Of a DNA stretch of 64,000 nucleotides, positions 8,443-17,981 are shown piece after piece; position 1 is the first letter of the stretch; the number at the start of each line of letters is the position of its first letter. A model generated the notes under the pieces. That model was not told the DNA's origin. It did not search any database and worked only from the letters and a program-made list of their open reading frames with translations. Origin of the DNA: an uncultured virus (IMG/VR IMGVR_UViG_3300037245_004243) (Duplodnaviria; Heunggongvirae; Uroviricota; Caudoviricetes); the IMG/VR virus record IMGVR_UViG_3300037245_004243, positions 65,501-129,500 of that record, one strand, 5' to 3'. Position numbers and translations under genes: made by a program.

Positions 8443-11004
8443 TTAGACGATTAAAACCGTCTGTTTTGGAGTAATGGATCTCATTTTGTTAGGAAAAAGA
8501 TCATCAATACTCATGTTCAAGATATTCAAACTTTCCACGTTTATAATTATATTTACGGTTGAGACAAAGTTTCTGGTGACATAAATGTGAAATAAATCAG
8601 ATATATCATATTCAATCTGTGGCAGAGCCGTAAACCGCCGCTCATTGAAAGTATTTGCAGTTAAATCAAAGCCTATTTCCGGTAAACAACCGAAATTATT
8701 TATTGTGAATGTATCGGAAACTGTGACAAATTCAATCGCCGGGCTCGATGTTAATACTGCCCCGGTACCCATTTTTGATATGGCATCCCAATTGATGCCA
8801 GATGCCAATGCAAATTCCCGCCGCGCATCAGCATCAGAAGATATACCCGACACAACATTTGCCTGAGATACAAAATTCATCGGCTGGTTTATGGCCGATG
8901 AAGTCCATACCATAACAAAAGGCGAAGATGGAAAACTCATCCTTTGATATAAGCCGCCCGGCCATGTCGCCATTCTTACTTCTATCATTACAAAGGGAAC
9001 AGAACGAAATCGTTTTTCGACCTGATGGCCGATATTATTTATTGATGATACAATGGATGGCGCAACAGCAAAATTTCTGATTTGAATGATATCAGAAGAA
9101 AGACCAACCGCAATCCCAAGTTCTGACATCATCCACATGGATTGATTACTATCGGATGAAATGGATAAGCCAATGTCCGCGCTGAAAAGAAATTCCCGCT
9201 TCCGCGATAAACCCGATGAAAAATCATGAACAATATCGGCCTGAACAGTAATTATATTCGATTTTTCGATGTCAGAATCAGTATCAAAGGCCATCCCCGC
9301 TGTAGATGAAAATTCCTTATTGTCACCGGCTCGGGAAACGATATCAAAAATGATTTCGGGATTGAAAACATAACCCCATTGGGTACCGTAATCTGGATCA
9401 CTTATATCCGAGACAATATCGGCCTGAGAGATAAAATTACGAACAGCAGAAATATCAGGGTCCGTTATATCATGGACAATATCGGCCTGGGATAAAAAAT
9501 ACATCCTTGTCAAATGGCTCGACATGTCATAGGTGATATCGGCCTGAGAAATAAATAAGTTTTCGGCATAAATTACCGGGTCAGTTATATCCGAACCAAT
9601 ATCGGCCTGGGATGCAAAGAGATTACCGAGATGTATATCCGCGTCAGTTATATTCGAGGCAATATCGGCCTGAGACACAAAATCCCGTTCAATATTTATC
9701 GAAGATGAAATATCAGATAAAATATTGACATTGCCGGAAAACCCCATATAAATATCAGATACCAACCTATTGTGAATCCCCGGCTTACTTACAAATTTAA
9801 AATCCCGCTCAAAATATTGGACATAACCCGACAGGCTGTCAGAAGATGCCAATCCTTCAGAAGACAAGGCATATAAATATTGTTTCGGGTCGGTTTCACA
9901 TGTAACGCTTATTGTATCAAGTAAAACGGTATGAGCATAATCTGAATAAAACCTTACCAGAGCAATGTCCCCGACTCTTTGAAAATGACAATGCAATACG
10001 GGAGTGTCAGATCCGCCAAATACAAATTGATCGACATTTTCGCTGCTTCTATCATAAAGATCAAATCTTAAACTGCCGGAATAGGCATAAAGATTAAGTT
10101 CTATTGAGTCTTGGGCCGTATTTCTATCATCTATTGTGCCGATTGTATTTGATATTGCAAATACAGTCACATACCCGGTATTACCAACATGTCCATCAAT
10201 TTTTACTTCAAAATCCATTGAAAAATTAGTGAAATGATCAACGCCCATATCTTTATACAGATATGAAACCGCATCCACCTGCATTGTATCAAATGCCGCC
10301 CTCGGATGAGTGACCGTTATGTCACCACCTGAATCAACTTCAGTAAATGTGGTTAAATCAAAATAATTCGGTCCCACAATTTTGCTGGTGGTATCGGACT
10401 GGATATTTGCATTGGAACCAAAAAATGTGTCATTAACAAAATTTTGCGAAAACCCGCCCATTTCACTGTCTGGACTGCCCGTATCATCAGCAGAGGCAAA
10501 TGCATATAAATATTGTTTCGGGTTGGTTTCACATGTAATGCTTACGGTATCAATTAATGCGGTTCGACCGGAATCAGCATAAATTTTGACGGACGCTATT
10601 GTACCGAGTCTCGTAAAAGTACAATAAATTAAATTTGACCTATAACCACCATAATAATAATTGTCTTGATTGTTTTCAGCATAATCGCCAAGAAAAAAGG
10701 TCAAGGTTCCATAATTAGCAAGTGCACCGAAAACAATCCCGTCGTCGGCAACTTCCATGTCATAGCGAGATCCGATGGTATTTGATATCCCCGCAAATAA
10801 TACAAGTCCGTTGTTTCCGGAGACGTTATCAATTTTACACTCGAAATCAAAACTAAAATCGGTGAAATACCCGGTCCCGAAATCAGAATAAACATATGCG
10901 TCTGTGTCATTTCGTATTTGACCGGAAAAATGCACCTTCGGAGCGGTGACGGTAATGTCGCCACCTGGATCGACTTCAACGAATGTGGTAAGGTCTAATG
11001 CCAT
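8443..11004 (-). CDS. Large tail fibre / baseplate-associated protein with duplicated N-terminal lectin-like domain and FxSQADI repeats
   Basis: DLTTF(V/T)EVD(P/S)GGDITVT occurs twice; then ~20-aa repeats; D/S/T-rich composition. Confidence 0.7.
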   Translation of the reverse strand: MALDLTTFVEVDPGGDITVTAPKVHFSGQIRNDTDAYVYSDFGTGYFTDFSFDFECKIDNVSGNNGLVLFAGISNTIGSRYDMEVADDGIVFGALANYGTLTFFLGDYAENNQDNYYYGGYRSNLIYCTFTRLGTIASVKIYADSGRTALIDTVSITCETNPKQYLYAFASADDTGSPDSEMGGFSQNFVNDTFFGSNANIQSDTTSKIVGPNYFDLTTFTEVDSGGDITVTHPRAAFDTMQVDAVSYLYKDMGVDHFTNFSMDFEVKIDGHVGNTGYVTVFAISNTIGTIDDRNTAQDSIELNLYAYSGSLRFDLYDRSSENVDQFVFGGSDTPVLHCHFQRVGDIALVRFYSDYAHTVLLDTISVTCETDPKQYLYALSSEGLASSDSLSGYVQYFERDFKFVSKPGIHNRLVSDIYMGFSGNVNILSDISSSINIERDFVSQADIASNITDADIHLGNLFASQADIGSDITDPVIYAENLFISQADITYDMSSHLTRMYFLSQADIVHDITDPDISAVRNFISQADIVSDISDPDYGTQWGYVFNPEIIFDIVSRAGDNKEFSSTAGMAFDTDSDIEKSNIITVQADIVHDFSSGLSRKREFLFSADIGLSISSDSNQSMWMMSELGIAVGLSSDIIQIRNFAVAPSIVSSINNIGHQVEKRFRSVPFVMIEVRMATWPGGLYQRMSFPSSPFVMVWTSSAINQPMNFVSQANVVSGISSDADARREFALASGINWDAISKMGTGAVLTSSPAIEFVTVSDTFTINNFGCLPEIGFDLTANTFNERRFTALPQIEYDISDLFHIYVTRNFVSTVNIIINVESLNILNMSIDDLFPNKMRSITPKQTVLIV

Positions 11005-11012
11005 TTAATGCC

Positions 11013-11576
11013 TTAGAATAAGGTGTTTGTGGTGATAAATATATCGGCTTCGATAAGAAGGTTGTGCCTTTTATCGATGAAATCATCCCACTCGGGACAT
11101 GTGTTATTTTCTTTAAGGGAAAGCAAAAATAACGTTTTGGCTTTTTCCTCACCCAAATCCGCAATCGCTTGTTTGACAATTCTCTTGACTTTTTCCTTGG
11201 AATCTGCTAACTTACCAAGAAAGATCGGTGCACTTTCTTGCCATTCCATGCCGCCCCACACTGGTTTCATCATATTTGATGGAGGTGCATTGGTCGTATG
11301 CCCGGCAGGAATTCTTTTCCCTATCTTTGTGATTTCGCTTTGTTTTCCGTTCATATCATAATATTTAGTTCCCCGGAAATCGCTCTTTGTTGACCATTTC
11401 CCATCTTTGAAGACCTGAATTTTATTTTTCGAATCTTTAGGCGGTTCAATAAAAGTGGCATTTGCCGGAAGCAAAAAGATGTCTTTTTCCTGTAATTTGG
11501 TTTCAGCCGGGTCTAATGCCGCATCGTTCGAACCAAAATACTCCCCGGTCCCTCTATCAAAATTATAAACCTTCAT
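11013..11576 (-). CDS. Tail fibre assembly chaperone (Tfa-like)
   Basis: Start 11576 MKVYNFDRGTGEYFG...LLPANATFIEPP...W...DFRG, directly downstream of the collar-domain fibre. Confidence 0.75.
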   Translation of the reverse strand: MKVYNFDRGTGEYFGSNDAALDPAETKLQEKDIFLLPANATFIEPPKDSKNKIQVFKDGKWSTKSDFRGTKYYDMNGKQSEITKIGKRIPAGHTTNAPPSNMMKPVWGGMEWQESAPIFLGKLADSKEKVKRIVKQAIADLGEEKAKTLFLLSLKENNTCPEWDDFIDKRHNLLIEADIFITTNTLF

Positions 11577-11589
11577 GTTTGTTTTCCCC

Positions 11590-12672
11590 TTATTGATATC
11601 TAATAACATACATTGCACTGAAATTGTGCATTCTGGTTTCATTCCCGCCTGTTGTGCCGGTATTTATCGCAATACCACCACTTGACCACCCATCTTTTAC
11701 TTCGCCTCGGCTTTGATAGTTGGAATTATAAACCAAAAAACCCCCTGAACCAGCCGGGTCACTATGTTCATGCGAATCAAATTCATCATTCTGCATCGAG
11801 CCCGGCTCATCCCCGGTAATCCCGCCATTATCAGCATAACGTGATGCCCGATCAGGATCCCTTGAATTACCATTGGCAAACCCTCGCGCTACCCGGCCTC
11901 TGAAATCCGGCAAATAAAAGTCCCCGCCGTTATCCCCGAATCTGGTCCCAATCGAAAAAGGCTGACCAGTATACAGTGCCGCATAAGTGGTTTTATTTAT
12001 TGACGCACCATTACATTCCAGATAATTTGTTGGTGGTGTATTCCCGGCCACATATAAGGAAATGTGCCCGATTAAATCCCCAAGTCCGGTATGGATTGAT
12101 GGTTCATCATTATTTATTTCAGAATGAAGGATGTTCGCCATCAGATTAGCGCCGATATCGACAGAAACAACACCCGCCGAGCCACCAGTTTTCCACAATA
12201 GCCTACCGACTGGACTTCCATTCGGTGTCACGGTAAGTTCACCTGAAATTGTGGATGCATAAACTATGTCACCATCCAATGATGCCGGAATATTCTGATG
12301 ATGTACCAACCCGCCGCTAATAACTCGCCCATTTGTTACATCGGCAATACCCGCAGCAGGATATAATGGATCGCCTATATATGCGGATAATTTTTCATAT
12401 AGTCCAGTTCCGTTGACATAATAAACGACATCACCATTTGCTGCCGTGCCGAAACTGGCAGTGACATCATTATTTTGCCCGGCAAACTGATGTTCAGCGC
12501 CAGCCACATACATTCCGTTTCCGTCAAGGACAGTTTTTATCCGCGCCGTCCGGTTTGTCAATTCAAGAGAAGATCGATTATCAACACCACCAACACCACC
12601 AATACAAGGGTCAATCGTTTCAAGTTGATAAATCCCACTTTCCCATTGTGAAACTTCAATATGATCAGCCAT
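11590..12672 (-). CDS. Tail fibre protein with phage tail-collar domain
   Basis: WESGIYQLETIDPCIGG N-terminus; PPTNYLECNGASI..YAALY..IG..FG..FYLPDFRG..RG and SHEH...ETR..N..YVIRY collar/tip motifs. Confidence 0.85.
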   Translation of the reverse strand: MADHIEVSQWESGIYQLETIDPCIGGVGGVDNRSSLELTNRTARIKTVLDGNGMYVAGAEHQFAGQNNDVTASFGTAANGDVVYYVNGTGLYEKLSAYIGDPLYPAAGIADVTNGRVISGGLVHHQNIPASLDGDIVYASTISGELTVTPNGSPVGRLLWKTGGSAGVVSVDIGANLMANILHSEINNDEPSIHTGLGDLIGHISLYVAGNTPPTNYLECNGASINKTTYAALYTGQPFSIGTRFGDNGGDFYLPDFRGRVARGFANGNSRDPDRASRYADNGGITGDEPGSMQNDEFDSHEHSDPAGSGGFLVYNSNYQSRGEVKDGWSSGGIAINTGTTGGNETRMHNFSAMYVIRYQ

Positions 12673-12710
12673 AAATTTTACCTTTTTAAAATATAGTTTT
12701 ACTTAATAAC

Positions 12711-12718
12711 TATTTACC
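12711..12718 (-). promoter_or_regulatory. Putative late promoter GGTAAATA
   Basis: TATTTACC on + strand 39 nt upstream of the tail fibre start; same motif recurs before other late genes. Confidence 0.55.
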
Positions 12719-14321
12719 CATTTGTGCGAGTCCAAATTTCGGCTCGAGGTCCTGTTCCACCGAATAATTTCCCATTGCCATAGGCCATAGAGATAAATGA
12801 GTCTTCATCATTAAAATCGTCTTTGTCAATCGCCCAAGTTGAACCACCATCCTCTGATACCATTACCGCGCCAACGCTACCCCCGCCTAAATAGGTAAAT
12901 GTATCGCCTGGATTGTAAACCAAACAGGGAATTGATGAGATATACGGCTCCACAATTTCCAACCGAATCTTTTCAATCCAATTTGCACCGGCATCTATTG
13001 ATGTCCAGATACGACCATCGTTTCCGGTCGCCGCGATTAGTATATCTCTGGATGTATCAATGGCAAGACGGGTGTTAATTGTATTTGCCTGAAGACTGAG
13101 GAAGTCGATAACTTTCGTCCAATTTGCACCGGCATCATCAGACTGCCAGACCTGCGCTCTGCCGCTTGTTCCGAGATACATTCTATCTCTGACCGAATCA
13201 TAAACGAAAGTTTCGATGCCATCAACAAACGGTTCTGCTATATGGAAATCTCTATTTAATGTCCAATTGGCGCCCTGATCAATGGATTGATAAAGGTTCG
13301 CGCCCCAATTTCCTATGCTATCACTTAGGCCACAATAAAGGATATCGGCAACTGGATCATACCCAATTCGTCCACTAACAAACTGAAATATGCCTATGCC
13401 CTGGTCCATACTAAGAGTCCACGTTACGCCCTGATCGGTACTTTTATAAACTAAACCATATGGATATGCACAACAATACATGGCATCGTTTACTGAATCA
13501 TGGGTTAAGCTATGAATTGCAGTCGATGCTGTTGCTTCATTTGAAAGATCCCACATAAGCGCCCAAGTTGAACCACCATCACTACTTTTCCAAATTTGGG
13601 CATCCATCATTGTGGCAACATATTGTTCATCATTTGTAGAATCATATCCCGCCGCTGTGATGGAGCTCTGTGATGGATCTTCAACATAAAGTTGTCTTTC
13701 CATATTCCATGGTTCTAATGAGGGTGTATTTATTACAGGTGTATTCATAATAAACTCTATATTTGGGTTAACATTAGGCTCATACCGGGTAAGTGGATCA
13801 GCATCAATTTCAGAAGTTATGATGTGCCTGATTTGTGGAGCAAAAACAAAATTATTTTCTTTACATTGAAATATTGATACAACCCAATTGCCTTCGATGA
13901 TTATATCAGAATCCTTTGGTATTACCGGAATCTGTATTTTTCTCGAAAAGAGCTGCTCGTCACCGGAAAATAAACCGAATTCAGAAATATTTAATCCGTT
14001 TCCGTCTCCGGTATCCATCGAAATTTTATAATTGATGACATTTGGCGCATCAAATGTATAATAGTCGATATCCTTAATATAGGCATTTGTTAGCCCGGTA
14101 TCAGCTTTGTGGGTCATGGCCGTGCCATCACCAACGCCAACTTTTACAATTTTGTTGTTGCCCGGCTCGCCAGTCAATAAAAGGGTGATTAATTCTAATC
14201 CAGAAAGGGTGATTAAATTACTGTCAAGATATTCGCCTATTGGGATTTTTACCCCATAAACGATTCTGTAAACCCGAATATATAATCTTCCCTCCAGTGA
14301 AGCCCGGTCAAATATTTTCAT
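12714..14321 (-). CDS. Receptor-binding/baseplate protein: baseplate-attachment N-domain plus BNR/Asp-box beta-propeller
   Basis: VGVGDG...ISEFGLFS...LFSRK N-domain; repeated SxDxGxxW Asp-boxes. Confidence 0.75.
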   Translation of the reverse strand: MKIFDRASLEGRLYIRVYRIVYGVKIPIGEYLDSNLITLSGLELITLLLTGEPGNNKIVKVGVGDGTAMTHKADTGLTNAYIKDIDYYTFDAPNVINYKISMDTGDGNGLNISEFGLFSGDEQLFSRKIQIPVIPKDSDIIIEGNWVVSIFQCKENNFVFAPQIRHIITSEIDADPLTRYEPNVNPNIEFIMNTPVINTPSLEPWNMERQLYVEDPSQSSITAAGYDSTNDEQYVATMMDAQIWKSSDGGSTWALMWDLSNEATASTAIHSLTHDSVNDAMYCCAYPYGLVYKSTDQGVTWTLSMDQGIGIFQFVSGRIGYDPVADILYCGLSDSIGNWGANLYQSIDQGANWTLNRDFHIAEPFVDGIETFVYDSVRDRMYLGTSGRAQVWQSDDAGANWTKVIDFLSLQANTINTRLAIDTSRDILIAATGNDGRIWTSIDAGANWIEKIRLEIVEPYISSIPCLVYNPGDTFTYLGGGSVGAVMVSEDGGSTWAIDKDDFNDEDSFISMAYGNGKLFGGTGPRAEIWTRTNG

Positions 14322-14331
14322 TTATTTCCCT

Positions 14332-15606
14332 TTATGGTAATAATATATCGCTTATACCATCATATCTTCTGCATAAATTATTGAATTGACCACTCGTTTC
14401 TGTACCCATCATCCACATATTTCCCTGTGGATCAAGCTGAATACCGTATTTGCCTATTGTATAAGAATTGAAATCAATTTCATCCAATTGGGCCGTGGAA
14501 CCTTGTCCTGGAGTTTCCAAGTAATCATATTTGCGTAAATCTGTATCATCGACAAATGGATCGACAACCCAAATATGATTATTTGGTATGTCTAAAATGC
14601 TATAACTCATCGCATTCGAATGATCGATTAATTTACCATGATATCCACCATTATATAATGAACCATCTGGATAATTGTATACAACCAAATAATTATAATA
14701 TCCAGAAACCCAACCAACACCAACCCCAACGAGCAGATTTCGTTGTGTATCTACCTGCATCGAATTTACCTGAGTTAAACCAGATGGTTGAACAAGATGA
14801 ATATCTAAAACTATATTTTCCGTGAATCCATCGAGTTCTATCCAGTGAATGTTGCTGTCCGATTCCCTCATCAATAAACATAGACGATTTGTACCACTAT
14901 TCCATGTTATACTGGCAAGATTCCAGGATGTATACCCGGCAGGATATCCAATCGAATCAAGTATGACATTTGACATACCATCCAGTTTCCATATTGTATT
15001 GGAAGTGGAATTATGAGTGTACAAATTAAATTGATCATCTATCGCCATCCCACGTTGACTGCCACTCATACCAAAAGGAGGATCTTGTAATAAAACTGGA
15101 GAATCATATTCCTTCGGGTAAAAATTTGGATCATTTATTGCAAAATCCAAATATGCTGAAGATGAAAATGTTGTTTTCTTGCATTCCTGTACCCAAACAG
15201 TCCAATACCCAAACAAGGTAATAGAATCATCTTTTGGAATAGCCACTGATCGAATTTTCCGGGAAAAAAGCTGCTCACCTTCAGAAAATAAACCAAATTC
15301 AGAAATATTCATTCCGTTTGCTTCATCGACATCGATTGAAAAATGCCATTGAACAACGGATTGCTCAAGCAAAGTGTGCCCGGTAACCGGTTTGATATAA
15401 AGATTTGATAGACCTGTATCAGAAAGCACCGGAAGCGAATTATTATCGCCGACGCCGATTTTTGTGATAATGTTATTGCCGGGTTCACCGGTCAACAAAA
15501 AGGCGATTAATTGTTTGCCTGACATCGTAATTAAATTATGGTCATCAAACCCACCAATTATCTTGCCGTCCTGAACAATATCTAATTTTAGTCTACCTTT
15601 TATCAT
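14332..15606 (-). CDS. Receptor-binding/baseplate protein, paralogous N-domain plus a different propeller-like C-domain
   Basis: LLTGEPGNN..IGVGD..ISEFGLFS..QLFSRKI shared with 12714..14321. Confidence 0.7.
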   Translation of the reverse strand: MIKGRLKLDIVQDGKIIGGFDDHNLITMSGKQLIAFLLTGEPGNNIITKIGVGDNNSLPVLSDTGLSNLYIKPVTGHTLLEQSVVQWHFSIDVDEANGMNISEFGLFSEGEQLFSRKIRSVAIPKDDSITLFGYWTVWVQECKKTTFSSSAYLDFAINDPNFYPKEYDSPVLLQDPPFGMSGSQRGMAIDDQFNLYTHNSTSNTIWKLDGMSNVILDSIGYPAGYTSWNLASITWNSGTNRLCLLMRESDSNIHWIELDGFTENIVLDIHLVQPSGLTQVNSMQVDTQRNLLVGVGVGWVSGYYNYLVVYNYPDGSLYNGGYHGKLIDHSNAMSYSILDIPNNHIWVVDPFVDDTDLRKYDYLETPGQGSTAQLDEIDFNSYTIGKYGIQLDPQGNMWMMGTETSGQFNNLCRRYDGISDILLP

Positions 15607-15614
15607 TTTTACCT

Positions 15615-17981
15615 TTAATGAAAACTTATTTCGTCGGCTGATCGCACTATAAAATTATACAAACGCGCATCAACAAATGATGTCACGAGATCGGATTTAA
15701 ATCGAATTACCGGGGTGACAGCAGGAGTATAACAACTCATATCCCCTCTGGCCGTTTGTTGCCATCCACCCGCACCCAAATTAGAACCTTCATCCCAAAA
15801 ATAAGACTTTGCTACACTTCCAACCCTTGTATATCTCATTTTTCCGATAGTACCTTCAGCATAATTATAACTATTTCCACCATTATTCAAATTGGTTCTG
15901 GTATGATACGCATATTTTGAATCGTCTGGTGTTAGCCAATCATAATTGTTAAGGCTAATGTTCATAGATAATCCAGTTGGTGAATGGTATGCGGAGACAC
16001 CAATTTTTATATATGAATCCGCCGCCTGGCTATCTAAAGAATACCATTCATAATTCCATTGTAAATCGAAGTCACCGATAAGGTCAAAATTTGCATAATA
16101 TCCTGCGTATTCGTCACCCATTGAAGTAAAACGTATACTATTCTCAAATATCGACGCTGAATCGCCATCATTTTCCCAATTGGTCCAATTTACAGGTTGT
16201 GTGCCATCTTCACCGGGGAAAGTATCCTGGTGAATTGGACTAACAAATTCAGCATCAGGTATGCTATAAACGATATCGGATTGTGAAGCAAATTCCCCTA
16301 AATAAGGCACGTCCGCGCACGATCCTTCCACTACTAAATTATCAAAATAAACGTCTTGCTGCGGATTATATGGTGACGCATTATAGCACCTTAATCGAAG
16401 AAAAACCGGGTCATTTGTCACGATTTTATCCCCGGTATATGACGTTGTCATTACCCAACCGGCAGCACTATTCCACGCCCAAGTTTCAACAGTCTGTCCA
16501 TATCTTATAAGTCTAAATTTTCCTACATTATGCCCGCCCCATGGTGTATGAACAATACGAAGATTTGCGCCATCACTATGAACAACAGAATAAAGTTCAT
16601 GTGGATTTTCGCCGCCGGTTAATTGCTGATAAAAATAATGTGCCCCACCGCCAGCACTTGAATGACGCCACGCTTCTAATAATATATGCCAGGAATTCCA
16701 TGGTTCTGTCGGGGTAACTAATGAATAATCTACCGTCGCCGTAAAATCACCGGCTAATCCATATATTGTCCATGCTCTCGAAACGGAGATTGCCCCGGTT
16801 AAATTCAAAAAAAGTTGATTGGATTGGATGGAAGCATCCCCGAATATTTCCCATCTTGACTCATCTGGCGGATCATCGTTATTCCCGTCAAAATCGTCAT
16901 TGAATGCGATTGGGCAAACCGTGACCACTAAATAACCATAGTCTGATTCAATTGGAGGTCCGCCATTTGAAATCACACAATAATAGATATCGGTATCATC
17001 CTCGGTTGCGCCGGTAATCGTTAATGTATCGGTGATCTCACCTGGAATTGCACCAGAGCCGTTATACCACTGCCAAGAAGTCGGTGACGGTCCAGCATCT
17101 ACCGTAAAAACCCAAGTATCATCACCAGGTACGGAAGTAAGATGACCCCCCAATGGATCTTGATAAACTTCAAGCGCACCTGGAGTAAATGCCGATATTA
17201 TACCGGATGTTATCGCTGCATTTGAGGTAAAATATTTAGGTTCTGCTGCACAATTGATAGGATCAGATTTGGTATACCCGCCATTATGATAAAATGTGAC
17301 TTCCCCTCCCTCAACGGTCATAACGCCATCATGGTTCCATTTCCCATTATGGTATGCGCCCCAATGAACATCCAATTCAAAACAGTCAAACCCGGTCATA
17401 TAATCTTGAAAAAGGACTTCCATCAAAAATAGCTGAATCCACCCGGCTGGATGAACTTCTTTAATAAGTTCTTTCAGGTTCGATAGATTTGTGTTATCGA
17501 TTTTAAAAATATATGTGAATGGCCGGGTCGGGTCATTATTTGTTAACCACCAGTCTGGCTTTTCGACCAAGTCAATGGTCATATCATCAATATTGATATC
17601 TCCGGAATCAGTCGGGATGGAAAAGTCGGTGAAAGAATTAAAAAAGAATCCGTAAGACGTCTTGGTAGCTTTCAAATTTCCTATCAGTTTTGAGAGCGAT
17701 ATAAATAGCCGTTTATTGTCATCGTTTAAACCAAATTTATTTATATCGATGACATCTTTGAAATAAAGGTTGAGAAATTCATCCAGCAGTTCAGAATACA
17801 TCGTATTGGCGTCAACATTATCAGTAATATTCAAAGATTTATTTAATGGATGTTCATCCAAAAATTCCAGGTATACCCGAATCAATTCCCTCCATTTTGG
17901 ATGCTGACTTTTGATAAATGGCAGCACCAGGGAATCTATCATATACTGGATTTTTTTATATTCGTTGAGTAAAACGGCCAT
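15615..17981 (-). CDS. Baseplate wedge gp7-like protein fused to Ig-like and lectin-like domains
   Basis: Follows gp6; PFIKSQHPKWRELIRVYLEFL, LKATKTSYGFFF, PFTYIFK..KEVHPAGW; Ig motif WQWY..G.T..TLTI..A...D...YYC. Confidence 0.7.
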   Translation of the reverse strand: MAVLLNEYKKIQYMIDSLVLPFIKSQHPKWRELIRVYLEFLDEHPLNKSLNITDNVDANTMYSELLDEFLNLYFKDVIDINKFGLNDDNKRLFISLSKLIGNLKATKTSYGFFFNSFTDFSIPTDSGDINIDDMTIDLVEKPDWWLTNNDPTRPFTYIFKIDNTNLSNLKELIKEVHPAGWIQLFLMEVLFQDYMTGFDCFELDVHWGAYHNGKWNHDGVMTVEGGEVTFYHNGGYTKSDPINCAAEPKYFTSNAAITSGIISAFTPGALEVYQDPLGGHLTSVPGDDTWVFTVDAGPSPTSWQWYNGSGAIPGEITDTLTITGATEDDTDIYYCVISNGGPPIESDYGYLVVTVCPIAFNDDFDGNNDDPPDESRWEIFGDASIQSNQLFLNLTGAISVSRAWTIYGLAGDFTATVDYSLVTPTEPWNSWHILLEAWRHSSAGGGAHYFYQQLTGGENPHELYSVVHSDGANLRIVHTPWGGHNVGKFRLIRYGQTVETWAWNSAAGWVMTTSYTGDKIVTNDPVFLRLRCYNASPYNPQQDVYFDNLVVEGSCADVPYLGEFASQSDIVYSIPDAEFVSPIHQDTFPGEDGTQPVNWTNWENDGDSASIFENSIRFTSMGDEYAGYYANFDLIGDFDLQWNYEWYSLDSQAADSYIKIGVSAYHSPTGLSMNISLNNYDWLTPDDSKYAYHTRTNLNNGGNSYNYAEGTIGKMRYTRVGSVAKSYFWDEGSNLGAGGWQQTARGDMSCYTPAVTPVIRFKSDLVTSFVDARLYNFIVRSADEISFH

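Noticed and set aside
9230-9680. Regularly spaced ATATCGGCCTG repeats resembling a CRISPR array
   Set aside because: The repeats are only about 11 bp, in frame within an 853-aa gene and encode the SQADI protein repeat; no cas genes or leader.
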